This document shows, in pieces, positions 51,001-64,000 of a stretch of 64,000 bases of DNA. The number at the start of each line of letters is the position of its first letter. Position 1 is the stretch's first letter. The stretch spans positions 1 to 64,000 of the forward strand of contig NW_026854550.1 of NCBI RefSeq assembly GCF_026571515.1, in the 5' to 3' direction. The translations under genes were made by a program, and so were the position numbers. The notes beneath the pieces were generated by a model. That model searched no databases and had not been told where the DNA came from. It was given only the letters and a program-made list of their open reading frames with translations. Origin of the DNA: Ruditapes philippinarum (lineage: Eukaryota).

Positions 51001-51889
51001 AATGGTATATATTGAGAAAATTGACAGAGTTCCAAAAGCCTTAGAAACATAAAAATTTCTTACATGTATCACTTAGGCATTTAAAACAGATCATTTATGC
51101 AAAGAGTAGTTAAGAAATAAGAAATATACATCAGAATGAAATTGAAAATCGTATTTCGTTCTAATCTTAGCCCGATAGCGACGAAAAAACAATTAACACT
51201 TTTTAAGTAAACACGGAATTTATATCGCTCAAATAATTTTAAAATAAATCAAATTTAATTGCTCTTGCTTATGCTATATACAAGTTTATTTTGAATTATT
51301 AATAAAGGTAAATTTAAGATATTAATAACTGAGATTGTACAGTACAGCCATTATTTTAATCAAACATTTTCATTATTATTACATTACATTGCATTACATG
51401 TACAGTACTGTTTTGCGTTGAAAATATTTTAATCCAGTAATAATATATTTGAGTCAAAATTATCTGTTCAGAATATAAATAGAAACAATTATACAATCCG
51501 TGTTTAACTGTAAATATGTAAATTTGTAAATGAAATGAAATAAAATAACATACCGATTGAAATAATAAAACTACGATAACGGCTTATGTTCAAATAGAAA
51601 ATAAGGTTAAACGTAGATTGATCTTATAAAACATGCATGTTTTTTTATTAATGCGCATGTCTGAGGAATCTAGAAATAAACAATGTCATCTCATCCTTTA
51701 AAAGGAAAACGTTATATGCAGAGATTGGAGAAATTAGAATGATGCTTTACGTGATTTTACTTTGAGACGCAGTTACAAAACAGAGAAAACTGGAATCGCT
51801 AAAGAAGCCCGAGCTTCTCAATTCCTGTTCTAGTAAAGTAATATAAATGTCAACGTTTCTCGGGAGATACATGTATTTGCAACTAGGAT

Positions 51890-52030
51890 GATTTCTATTT
51901 AGAGAATGGTTATTTGTTACTGCCAGAACGTATTTGTCCTTCATGATCTCATTTCCAGATACAGTGTGGATACTGATCATGTTTGTAATTACATTTATCA
52001 ATTCCTCATTTGTGTCAACAAAGGGATTTG
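51890..52030 (-). pseudogene. Unknown multi-copy coding fragment D (diverged copy)
   Basis: FVDTNEELINVITNMISIHTVSGNEIMKDKYVLAVTN aligns with the copies at 55.3, 59.1 and 61.1 kb. Confidence 0.55.
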
Positions 52031-54644
52031 TGATGTTAAACAAGAAATCTTGAATTTTCTATAACTTAAGATATTACAATCTGATTAAATTCGAAGAAGA
52101 TACAGAATATGTTATCTATTAGGTGAACAATTATTTTATTAGGTTACATTCATCGTTTTCTTCCTAGTCAATAAATGAACCGTTTTACTTTAAAACTTCA
52201 AAATACGTGACCTGTTTGTCTTAACTGATGTGCCAATCTTAAGTCAATTCTCTTTTTTGCTAAATTGTTTGCAATACCGATCCCTTTTACACGAACTGAG
52301 AGTTATTAATCTTTCTTATTCAAAAGTCATATGATGCTAAAGTTGATTATTGATACCTTTTGTATTTTGTTGATTCCTTATTATTTAAAATGGTAGGACG
52401 TTAATTGATTTCATATCGTTATGAAACACGCTTTGATACTGTCACAGTGTGGATGTCTGAATTTCTAGTTAAGAATCTCATCTTTTTCATGGAAAAGCAG
52501 AAAAAACTATGTTGAAAGGAAAAAAGACTTGATAAATGTCATTGCATATCAAATGAAACAGACGCAACGGACTAGAAAATGAGATTTTGACAATAAATTC
52601 AATCTAACATTTACTGTTACAAATTTGCTGTTTTGAAACGGCAAATGTCGTTCCAGAATTTGAGCTTTTGCATGTATAAAGACAGTTTAAATTATCAAAT
52701 ATGATAGTATAAGGAAAGAAATGAAATAACGTAATGTAATATGCAGTATGTCAAATGTATAATTAAAGGAACGCCTACCAGGTTTGAGAGTGTTTTTGTA
52801 ATTCCAGGACTGGAAAATTAAAATATGTTTTCAAGAACTTAAACCATTTGATTTTTTTCTTAATTATCTGAAACTGAAAATCGTTAAACGTTTTAAACTT
52901 ATAAAACGTCTATAAAACGCACAAAATAAACATGCAACTTACCTCTATATAAGTATATGTCTTGGTTATTGTATTATTTCTTCAGTTATAGGCGCCCAGT
53001 TGATCTATGTAGGCTTTTCAAATTAAAGGTTTCAGACTATTGAACCTCAGAATATCTTTAATAAAACAAAACAAGACCTTAATTAAATACAGGATTAGAT
53101 TTACATTAATGTTAGAGTTCTTCGTATGCTTGACAATCTCATTTACTACAGATAAATTTACATTTTACTTCCAGTATAAAGTAGACTAACTCCAATTTTG
53201 CAAGAAATTATCAATTGAACAGACACAGGCTCGGAAGAAGGGAGCAGGTATTGCTTTCGCCGAGCCTGATACGTGTACACATATTACAAGATAACATGTA
53301 GTGACTTCATTCATAGATTATGAATTGACCTGTGTACAACATACGTAACAGCAATTTATTTTCTAAATCAGCAAAAGTATGTTTACTTTATCATTTTAAT
53401 TATTTGGCAATCATTTTGAATAATACAAAAAAATGAAAATGCAGTAACACGGTTCAAGTTTTTATCATAATTATTATTATAATTAAAAACACTATTTTCT
53501 GTCGTTCTTGTGTCATGTTTTAAGTGCAAAAACTCGATAGTATTCAATTTCAACAACTTCAGAACGCTACTATCTACCTTGTATTATGATGAAGCAATTG
53601 TTTTATAATAAAGTGTATTTAAGCATGTCACTAAATGGGGTCCATCCTTATCATCATACTAAAGTTATTGGTACATTCGTGACAATATGAACATTATAAT
53701 CATATATAACGAAGCACAAACAATTTTAATATACTTTTAAAATGCTACCAAGATTTGAAAGGGAGCAAGTTCAATGAAGAATCAGTGATGATTATATTAT
53801 ATCAAAGAAGGTAATAAGCCTATGTTGGCATTTAACATGATTACATTATTTTAGATCATGATAAGTTGCTGTATTGAGTTTTGAACATTCTTTAATTTTT
53901 CAAAGCAATAATTATTTAGCGCTTTAAGTATTTTTAACTAAATTATTTATAACGATTAAAATCAAATAATGAAAGAGCAAGTGATATTTTCAAATTTCAT
54001 TAATCACCATTTAGAGTTAGATAACTTTGTAATAACTGCACTTTTGAAGTCTGAATACCCATGCACAATTTAAACAATGCACTCAGTTGAAGCGAACTAG
54101 TTTGAAATGTTATATCACAGCAACACCAGATAAATTATTGATCTGGTGTCTATATGTAACCATCTATCTATCATTCTAGTGATTAAAGGCCATGGATTTA
54201 TTTACTAGTAGATGTGAAAATGATCAGGTCTTTACAGCATTGAATAAATCAATATTTACGAAGTAAATGGTTAGAGATGCACTGTCTACAAAGTGTTTCA
54301 TCAAAGAAAACCCTATTCGGCATTGTTTACACAGGCATGTAATAGATCTTAAAAGTAAAAGAGACCTATTGTTATATTTAAATATTATAGAGATTTACTT
54401 AAAGGGATTATCCCCTACGTGTATTTGAACTTTCTCTAGCAAATAAACAAAACGTAAATAAACAAAATAATTGGAGTACTTAAAAATATTTAAGACATAT
54501 TAACCAATGAAGGTACCGATGGAACTTCGATGTGATTAATTCGTAAATGACTTTGTGTAAGTCAGTCATATATTATTATTATTATTATTACATGTATTAA
54601 ATTGCAACTAGATTGCTGTAAACCAGTTTTTAAATGATATATAA

Positions 54645-55160
54645 AAAGTAAAGTATAGAAGCAAATAAAGATTCCCTTTAGAAAGCCCAACACGGCAAAA
54701 TTGAAAATGTTGTAGTCTTGGTTTGATTCAGCTGTTCATAAACGGTACTGGTAAGTGCAAGTTACCGTCCACGCCCCCAGGCACCGGCTTTAGCAGAATT
54801 CAACATTTAACATGATCTGGTAGAATTTGGAATTTTGAAACATCCGCAGATATGTTCAAGTGGCGGTCATTATGGAACCTTCAATACGGCACGTTAGTGC
54901 AATTCCATGAAAAGCGGCATATGGTCCCCAAGTAAAAAAAATGCACGTGCCCTAAACGAGAAAACAATGGGCGGAACTGAATAAAATGGAATTTTGAAAG
55001 GGGATCAGAGATTATGCAGCCTACATATCACAAATTTGACGTCAAAAACAAATTTAAAAAGCAGGTCACATGTCCTAAGGGTGAATCAACAGTATTTAAA
55101 TACTGGAACTACTCAACAAGAAAATAGCCGAGTAGAAAGAACTAAAATACCACAGGCACA
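54645..55160 (-). repeat. Structured repeat family B, copy 2
   Basis: Matches 39275-39653 and extends ~140 bp further in common with 59517-59660. Confidence 0.85.
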
Positions 55161-55271
55161 ACAATAATAATTATCATAATGATCTTGTTATGATTTTAAA
55201 ACAGACTTTTTTTAAGTATTGTAAAATTACAATGTTGGTTATATTTGCAGTTCATTAATTATACTAGCTTC

Positions 55272-55560
55272 TATGTTTTATTACGAGGAAGATAATTTGT
55301 AACTGTCACATTACATTTGCCATTCAATATCTCATTTCCCAGTCCAGTGATTACACTGGACATGTCGGTAATGACATTTATTAAATGCCCATTCCTGTCA
55401 ACAACATGATGTTTGCTGTATATTAGAATACGCATTCGATGATCAACATTGATTTATTTTAATACTTTGTAAATGTGCCACTTATTTGGGTTAAAGACAT
55501 GTCTCCAGAAAACACTTCCAAAATCTTTATTGCATTATGGTTGCATTTAATCAAGTTACA
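55272..55560 (-). pseudogene. Unknown multi-copy coding fragment D, upstream of family B copy 2
   Basis: CNLIKC...KHHVVDRNGHLINVITDMSSVITGLGNEILNGKCNVTVTNYLPRNKT*; many third-position differences versus 61095-61240. Confidence 0.6.
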
Positions 55561-56063
55561 TTTAAAATAATTTGGAATATATATGATATTTTAGAAGAAG
55601 TGAAGAAAATAAAAATTGAAATAAAGCTGGGTTGACGACTGATGATATAACTGGTACTCAATTTAAAAAAAAAAATCAATTCAAAATACATGTTACAAGG
55701 ATGTTTGTTTGTGAGTTTTTTTTTGTGTTGCTTTTTGTTTTTGTTTGTTTGTTTTTTGTAGTTTTTTTTTTCAAAAACAATCTCGGAATTTTATCATGAA
55801 GTCATAAACAATCGATAAATTTAACATGTATGTTATAGACATACAAGGTCACGTAATCATTTAATATTTTGTGAAACCTAACAGATCAAAGTTTATAGTT
55901 AATCACAGATGCTATGTATCATATTTAAAAGAGATATATTTATTTACTGTAAGTATGTACATTCAGAACATCTTAAGTGACTAATCATTATTTTCAGTTT
56001 TCGGATCTTACTTTGGAAAAAGCAACCCAATAGTTATTTACACATAAATCATAGAAATATTAA

Positions 56064-56300
56064 ATGAGCCGCGTCACGACAAAACCAACATAATGGATTT
56101 GCGACCAGCATGGATCCAGACCAGCCTGCGCATCCGCGCAGTCTGATCAGTATCCATGTTGTTCGCTTACAAATCCTATAGTTTGTAGAGAAACTGATAG
56201 CAAACAGCATGGATCCTGATCGGACTGCGCAGATGCGCAGGCAGGTCTGGATCCATGCTGATCGCAAATGCTTTATGTTGGTTTTGTCATGACGCGGCTA
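56064..56300. mobile_element. MITE, same family as 22145-22336
   Basis: Long inverted repeats atgagccgcgtcacgacaaaaccaacat ... atgttggttttgtcatgacgcggct. Confidence 0.85.
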
Positions 56301-59094
56301 AATGTAGCAAACCGTGCTATTTCAACATGACACATTATATAATTTATGAAGTCTAAACCAGGCCGTATGTCTGATATAGAATATTTCAGAGGGTTTGACT
56401 CCTCAAATATATGTTAAAAAGCTTATTGTCCAATATGTATAACAGAAACATTATTATTTGGAAGGTTATTTAAGAGGGGTGTTTTACTTAAAATTTGGTA
56501 CTAGAATGCACCAACTGATTAATTCTCCGTGTGTTTGAGATGATGCTACTAGTAATTTACTTTAATTTGTATGTGTATCGCTTTTAAAATGTACATAATT
56601 TTTTCTATGTGTTATTGCATATTATATGAAAAGCATGTTGTACCAGTATATCGGACCGCACCTTTTTAATGATAGAAATTGTATTTTATTTTTGTGTTCA
56701 CATGGCAGAAAATTTTTCTATAAATTTGAATTTACAACTCTAATGACATGCTTATTTACATGTTTATAAATTGCTGCTATTCAGTTTTGATACAGTAATA
56801 GTCTATTAAATAGTAGTTATTTTCTTATTTTGCAGACCTCGTAAATCTATTAACGATCTCACGGGAAATTATTCGCAAATTATATATCCCATCGAGCATC
56901 GTGCACTGTGTAATGCCATATTTTTCATTCTACAATAATTGTATCTTTAGATAAGATGATAAACACGCGAATGCTTTATTAATACTGGATATCACATTGA
57001 ACAGATTTTGCACTTTTCTATCAATATGTTTAGCTAGGTTTTATTGTATATGAAATTCTTCCTGACTGTCTTTAAAAAGAGATATATTATCTGTCATACT
57101 AGAAATATTTATTTTGTTTATGTATGTAACTTCTTACCTATTTCTTTAACTTGTTATCATGATCAATTTTGTTTGTATTATCACACTGCAATTTCTTTTA
57201 CAATATAATCACTGGGTCTTTACGCGAGTAACGAGTAACGAAAAATGTTCCACAACGTAAGCTTAGGTGAAGGTTGCGATTCGAAAGTTTGTTTAAATTT
57301 CTCGATCAGATGGGCGTGTCTGATTTCTTAGATGTGTTGCTTATGTTTCTAAGGTTTATTGATTGTCCTAGGAGCAACTTTTGTGTTAAAAGTGCTATAA
57401 TGGTAAATATCTATTATCATTGATTTGTTTGTTTTATAAATTGAACGTTTAACAGTCATATTATGCAAAAAAACATTAATTTTATTACAAGTAACATATT
57501 CCACGATAAAATTCATTGTTAATATTCCTTTATGTTGGAAATATGTTTACTAAAGAAACTAATAATATACAACGTTTTATTAAATTTCTATGCTAGAAAA
57601 ACAAAGAAATAAATATTTTTTTCGCCCATCAAAATGAGTAGGAGTATCACAGAGTACGTGTATGTTGCTAAACAAAAATATTTCATTAGGACGTAAATCA
57701 ATGAAAACATTTCATATTTCAAGTAGTAATACGTCACGGAGCTTATGAACACCCAGAGGACTACCTTCCCTACTCGATTGAGCCAGAAGGGCTCATAAAG
57801 TGTATAAGCAAAGAGGGTAAGAACATTTGAAGTATTTGCCAGAGATGTTGCTCCGAAACGCAGACAAATTAATGTTTTGTGAAATAAGTCGTATATTATT
57901 AATTTCTATGTCTCAAACATTTGACAATCCTAAATTAAGAAAGCATCAACAATGTTTTAAAAATTTTCAGCACATTAACATGATTAGCACATGTCCAAGA
58001 AATATTAACTTGAAAACACCGTTTAAAGTTGTTAATCCTTTATATCTATAAGCCGTCCTGAAATGTAAGGAAAATAGCTGTTGTCGTCTGTGCTAAACAT
58101 GCTCGATCTCTGTGTGCTAAACTCTCACATATTTCGTTTTCGTTTAGAAACATGCACAAAAGTACATGCACAAAAGTATCCAGGGTGGAAATGTTACTTT
58201 TTTCCAAAAAAAAAAAAAAAAATGCAGCTAAGCTATAAAACATAAACTATAAGATTTTCTGGAATAAATACTTCTAGCAAAAAACATATGTGTAATTCAA
58301 TTAATTAAAAAATTGAACACAGTTCACCTCCCTAAATTAGAGATAAAAGACATTTTACAAATACATTTATTCAAAATCGTCTTTTCGAAAATATAAAAAA
58401 ACAGCAAAATATCATATTTTTAACAATAAAAATTACAGCCTTGATTGCGCTTAATGTGTGCATTTAGCTGGAATTTCCGGTCAAATAGTGTGTATCTCTG
58501 AATACACAAGGTTGTAAAATGAAAATATTGTAATAAATGTATGTATTTGAATTTATTTTGAAGAGAAACACTCACGCTTTCGTTGAAGAACAAATGTCGT
58601 TTCTCGCGTCAGGGCCCGGTGAAATCACTTAGATTAAATTTATCAAATAGAATACGTTTCATTAACAAACAAGTACATGTATATCTACTTGATACAATGT
58701 ACAGAAAAAAACACTTAGTCTATATGTGAAACTTCTTGATCCATATAATGTATTTACTACGTTGTTTCTTTAATCATTTGTATACAATTTTGAACATTTG
58801 TGCGCAGATAAATTAGTTTTACCGCCGTGATATTTTTTTTTTAAAAATGGTAAAGCGTGATTCTACTTGATGTTTAAAAATTCCAAAATAAACGTAACAT
58901 TCTGATATGTACATCTAGTTATTATTACATTTTGAAACGCATTTTGAAATGTTTGAAGTGTAAAAGTTAACTGCAGAAATAAAATCTGCTAATTCTGTTT
59001 TTCCTCTTACTTATTTCACATGTTTGCTGATGAAATTTATCTCAAAAACATCAAGGCAACATAATAAACTTCACTTCCTGCTACAAGTAATTGT

Positions 59095-59203
59095 CTTGAC
59101 AAGAATAAGGGGCTAATTAATGCAATTTCCGTCAAGATCAGTGAATACAGAGGACAAGTGGATAATAAATATGAATGAAACATTCTGTTTGACAGATACA
59201 AAC
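59095..59203 (+). pseudogene. Unknown multi-copy coding fragment D, upstream of family B copy 3
   Basis: LDKNKGLINAISVKISEYRGQVD/..MNETFCLTDTN (one frameshift), a weaker match to the D consensus. Confidence 0.45.
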
Positions 59204-59516
59204 AGGTCATTGATACAAGAAAATGAAGAAAGAAATAAAATTTATAAACTAAAACTTAAGAAAACATTTCAATTTGATATTCATATCTCAATAAATTGAA
59301 ATATAGAAGTATTATATAGAAAGTACAATAAGAACCACATTTCTGTGAATCAAAATAAGTTCAGTTTTAGTGAGACTGTTCAATTTTACCTGCATTAAAC
59401 GACTGTCGAATTGGCGAAAACCCTATCAGCTGTACGCCATTTGTAAAACTTTATTCAATGATGTTATATTTTCGATCCATAAAGATCGTACAGCACGACA
59501 CTATTGTTGTGTATAC

Positions 59517-60030
59517 ATGTTATGTGGTACTTTTAGTTTCACCTATTCGGCCATTTACAACTTTGGTGGTTTCAGTATTCCTACTGGAATACTGTATAAT
59601 CACCCTTAAGATATGTTGCCTGCTTTTTAAATTTGTCTTTTGACGTTTAATCTGTGATATGCAGGCTTCATAACCGCAGATCCCCTTTCAAAATTCCATT
59701 TTATTTAGTTCTGCCCATTGTTTTTCGTTGAGGGCAAACGCATTCTTTTACTTGGGGACCATACGCCGCTTTTCGTGGAATGGCACTACTGTGTCACATT
59801 GAAGGTTCCATGATAACCGTTGTATGAACATTTCTGTGGATGTTTCTAAATTCAAAATTTCGCAATTTTCGTGTTAAATGTTGAATTCTACTTAAGCCAG
59901 TGCTAGGGGGTGTGGACGGTAAATTGCACTTTACAGTACCGTCCATGAACAGGCTCAATCAATCCAGGCCTGCAACATTTTCAATTTTGTTGTGTTGGAC
60001 TTTCTGTAGGGATTCTGTTTTACTCTATTT
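59517..60030 (+). repeat. Structured repeat family B, copy 3
   Basis: Reverse complement of 54645-55160 and 39275-39653; core aagccagtgctagggggtgtggacggt...ttgcactt...accgtccatg. Confidence 0.88.
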
Positions 60031-60807
60031 TGCAGAACAGTTACTGTTGTAAATAGCTTTGATGTGATTCATAAATAATAGTCCGTTTTTACTTTATAAT
60101 GTAATACATATATAGCAAAAGTGGATTATTCTATTGTATGCAACTTTTCCTTAAATCCAGAGGAACTGCATTGCGGGGTCATTGTGAAATGATTATTTGC
60201 CAAATTTTTTACCCTTTACTCTTTCTGTAAAATTGATATACTAATAAAGAATGTTTGTCTGTGCCAAAAGAATGTGTTATAATGTTAAAAAAATCTGTAT
60301 ATTTCAGCCAAAATGATCTCAAAACAAAATCCAGTATCACAGAATCACCATCAAGACTTCTAACAGGGCACCACATGAAACAAAAAAAAACAGGAGATGA
60401 CACAATTGCAAAGCAAACAATTAAGATATTCTTCTGTCTACAACTTCTACTACCTTTCAATAGATGTTTGAAATAAATCAGAACTGTTTTTGTAAAGTGA
60501 TTTCTTGATATTGACAAGATTTTGAAATTACCAAATTCTCACGGAAAGCATTGTTTGTTCTTATTGCAGATCATTAGTCAACCTGTTATTGAATTACATT
60601 TTTTTGATATTTGCAACTTGATAGTTTGCAAAAAGATAACAAAATTGTCCACATTTTTAGATGACAGCCACTTATATCTGCGAGTTATTTCAAAAAAGAA
60701 ATTATCAAACTGATCGATCTAAGAGTGGAATAACAATTTCAAAATGTCAGCAGACTTTCTAAGCAGGCGCTATGTGACAGACAGAGTGTCTTGCTGATAT
60801 TACACTG

Positions 60808-60880
60808 TTTCATTGTCCCTCATGTACAGACTCAATATAACCGAATCTCCAATTATTTTATGTGAATGCTTCCGAGGGAT
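60808..60880 (+). repeat. Structured repeat family A, 3' fragment
   Basis: ttcattgtccctcatgtacagactcaat...gaatgcttccgagggat matches 38539-38622 and stops exactly at agggat. Confidence 0.8.
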
Positions 60881-61094
60881 TTTAAGAGCTATTACAATAT
60901 GTTATATTCATATCATCTAACAAAAGTCAAAAAAAGAAATCAAATGTCGCGAATGAATTAACATGTGTAAGAAATACATAATAACATGCGATATATATTA
61001 TAAAACAACTCGCGATTGTGCATAATCTGATTATTTCACAAAAGTTTCTTTGAATTTAGGAAAGTATTGATTATTAAATCCTTATTCTCATCTC

Positions 61095-61240
61095 AAACAT
61101 CATCCCGTCGACAGGAATGAGTATTTGATCAATGTAATAACCGACATTATCAGTGTAATCACTGGACCCCATAATGAGATATAGAATGGCAAGTGTAATG
61201 TGACAGTTACAAATTATCTGTCTCGTAATAAAACAAACCG
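61095..61240 (+). pseudogene. Unknown multi-copy coding fragment D
   Basis: KHHPVDRNEYLINVITDIISVITGPHNEI*NGKCNVTVTNYLSRNKT; CNLIVC at ~60612-60630 matches CNLIKC upstream of the 55 kb copy. Confidence 0.6.
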
Positions 61241-64000
61241 GAAAGAGCGTGGGCAATGAACAGAAAATGCTTAAGCTCCGTCGTTTACACAAATCAAACT
61301 GAAACTATATTTATGAACAAACTATCATTGAGGGAAAATATAATATATCAAAAGCTGGTTAACAAATTAACTTTCATATGACACGAGTATTTTATGTAAT
61401 TTAGATAATGCACAAATTGCACGTCAGGTCTTTTACCGCCAGAGATGCTAGAAATTCGCCATATAACCTTAACAATATTACACACCACTTAATAAATAAA
61501 TCAAAATGAATGGACCTTTTTGATACCTAATTATTATATTTCCAAGTAAATAATAATGTCAAAGTCAAGAGATTATATTCTACTATTATCAATATCAACT
61601 TTATTTTTTTGCAAAAAAATTAAGAGCACATTGTAGTCTTCATAGTAATTAGATATTATACTCATTTCATTAGCATTATCATCATAGCAATATTTCTTTA
61701 AAGAAAATCATCATAGCAATATTTCTTTAAAGAATATGAGGATTTCAAATCGTCACAAATATAGCATTAGACGTGTTTTAAAAACAAGCAAGAAATATAA
61801 AACTACTAGTCTTAATGGGTTTTGTCATGACGCGGCTCATTTATGGACTTTAATGCATTATGCGTTTTGCTTCAAACAACTCTTTAATTGATAAAATCTT
61901 GATTCCATTTGCTTGGCTATAAATCATACTTTGTCAAAACATTTTCTTTTTCTAACAAAAGCCTATCAAATTGAAACTATTACTTGTAAGACTTTTGTAA
62001 AAGAATTTGACCTCTTAATTTGGTAAAAGCTTATTTAATACAACTATTGAAAAAGGTGTACATTTTAAGTTTTCATTGTCTTTCTTTTGACAAAATACGT
62101 CTGTACTACGTCTGCCTGATTTTGAAAAGGTATTCCTTGTTTGACTGAAATCCATCTGATATTTTAATATCTTTAACATCTGCAAACTACTTTTTGTATG
62201 AGTATAAAAATAGCAATTTTGAAAACATATATAATTATTTATATTGCGTTCTCTTTCACATTTTTGATTAATCAAATATGAAAGAGACATCGATCATTAA
62301 CAAGGTGGGACGGAATACAAAGAAAGTATCACCCATCAAAAACAGCAACATAGCAAGAAGCCCAGCAGGACACCAAAGTATAAACATGATAATAATACAA
62401 TTTAGACAAACATATTTCTCAAAAGGAACACAGAACATACTTTCTTGCAAAATGTTTCTCTTAAATTCCATTTTTCTGAATTAAGTCGTGAGTCTGAAAG
62501 TTGTTTTTGCATTATCACAACACAATATAAATGAAATAGTTTTAAGCTGTTCATCCCCAAGAATTTGTGCTTACGGTATTACAGTGTTATTCAATGTGAA
62601 ACAAGCAATGATTGCCTATGAATAAATAGAATGAAGATGTAGTGTTAGATGTTGTTGTTTGATAATATTTAGTTGTTGTTTTTATCACTTTTCTCAGATA
62701 TGATATGCCGCGATAAATCGGCATGTGTCAGAACAGTTTTATTTAAAGTGTTCAGTATTTACAGTCTTAATGTATGTTTGATGAAATAACTTTTCAATGC
62801 TGTTTTATTAACCTAATGGCTGTTTCTTGAAATATTTCATGTACTTAATATACATGCAGGAAACAGAAGAAAATGTTCCGGAAATAAACTTTCTGCTGTT
62901 AATTTTAGTTGGTTAAGCCCGACTTCCTGTTGATAAAATACGCTTTCAATTTTCTTTCATTTTAGGTTATCGGTAATATTTTTCTACAATTGAATAAACA
63001 ATAATTTTAGTTTTGTAGTTTAATGTTATTGGAGTCTATGCATCTCCGAGCTCCAGCAGGTGTGAATGTTTTAATAGCTGATGTTGCTTTGAGTTTGTAA
63101 CACACGAGAAAAGGCAAAATCATTTTTCATATTTCGGCGCCAGATGACGTTAGATGTGTTGTTGCGCCGTATAACCAAACGCAACGAACTTTGCTATTAA
63201 AGCAGTTAAACAAAATATTGGCTTCTTGTTTAGTTTAATAAACCACTACTTTACCCGAAAAATAGTTCGTATCATACATATCAGATAACGAACAATATTT
63301 CCATTTATACGTTAAATATATTAATATAAAGAGGATATTTAATTGTTTGTGTGTAAGATGAAATTTCATTTCATCGAGTGAGCTTTAAAAACAGCATTCT
63401 ACTGATTTTAACTTTCAAGAGATGAAATATTCTTACATCTAACACAATAAACAAATTTACTTTTTCTTTTTTGCTTAAAAATAAGTTTAAATAATTTCCT
63501 TGATATTAACTTTAATATTAGAATCTGTTTTTCCCTGTGGTAGCCTCATTTAGATGAATTTCTCATAAAATACAAGAAATCTTGGGCTGAAAATAAGTTC
63601 GACAATCAACGTTAAATGGCGATGGTACTATTAATATTATTCAAATGATATAAATGATTGCTTGTTTTAATAATGAAAACAAAAAATTCTAGTAAGAGAA
63701 AACGTCAAACCATCCATCCTTATTTCTGTTACTTGCGGCAATTATATCAGACCTGGCTCTCGGAAGTGTAAGCAGCCGCCATTTTTAAATGTTTTGTATT
63801 TCACGGGAGGAAAATAATTGTGTTTGATTCAGAGGGATTTCATTTGGTTTTGTTAGTCATACATCATTTTAGAAGAAGGAAAACTTATAAGGATTGATAC
63901 GTGTTGACCGATGTGTAAGCATTCAAAAAGTGGCTATGAAATTGAAAACATGAAATTTTTGAAAGGCTGCCTTTCGAATGCTGTATTGTTTACTTATTTT

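Noticed and set aside
62015-62484. Hydrophobic short ORFs (possible membrane-protein exon)
   Set aside because: No recognisable motif or consistent splice chain; explainable by AT-rich composition.

Overview
AT-rich, intron-containing animal genomic DNA. The repeat content (HINE/Helentron-type array, tRNA-derived SINEs, TIR MITEs, Kolobok-like transposon) suggests a bivalve mollusc; this is an inference. 1-7095: a near-perfect 2,870-bp tandem duplication running into a possible Polinton/Maverick-like terminus with paralogous micro-ORFs. 9.7-24 kb: two convergent, paralogous single-pass receptor genes with Thr-rich stalks and Tyr-motif tails. The + strand gene has its last exon split inside an ITIM-like motif by a 6.2-kb antisense LINE, which itself carries a HINE. 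26-36 kb: a frameshifted Kolobok-like transposase with a P2X7-ballast-like partner ORF, then a nearly full-length Nimb/I-type LINE with RNase H. 44.6-48 kb: a CR1-type LINE with a 2A-like NPGP motif. The most unusual signal is a ~130-nt structured core (H-type pseudoknot plus hairpin, with compensatory base changes) shared by two otherwise different dispersed elements. One is a 283-nt, terminally redundant/head-to-tail unit; the other lies downstream of an unidentified multi-copy ORF. Parts of 25.2-26.3 kb and 30.0-31.5 kb look like poor-quality consensus, so homopolymer frameshifts may be artefacts. All alignments, translations and pairings were done by eye.
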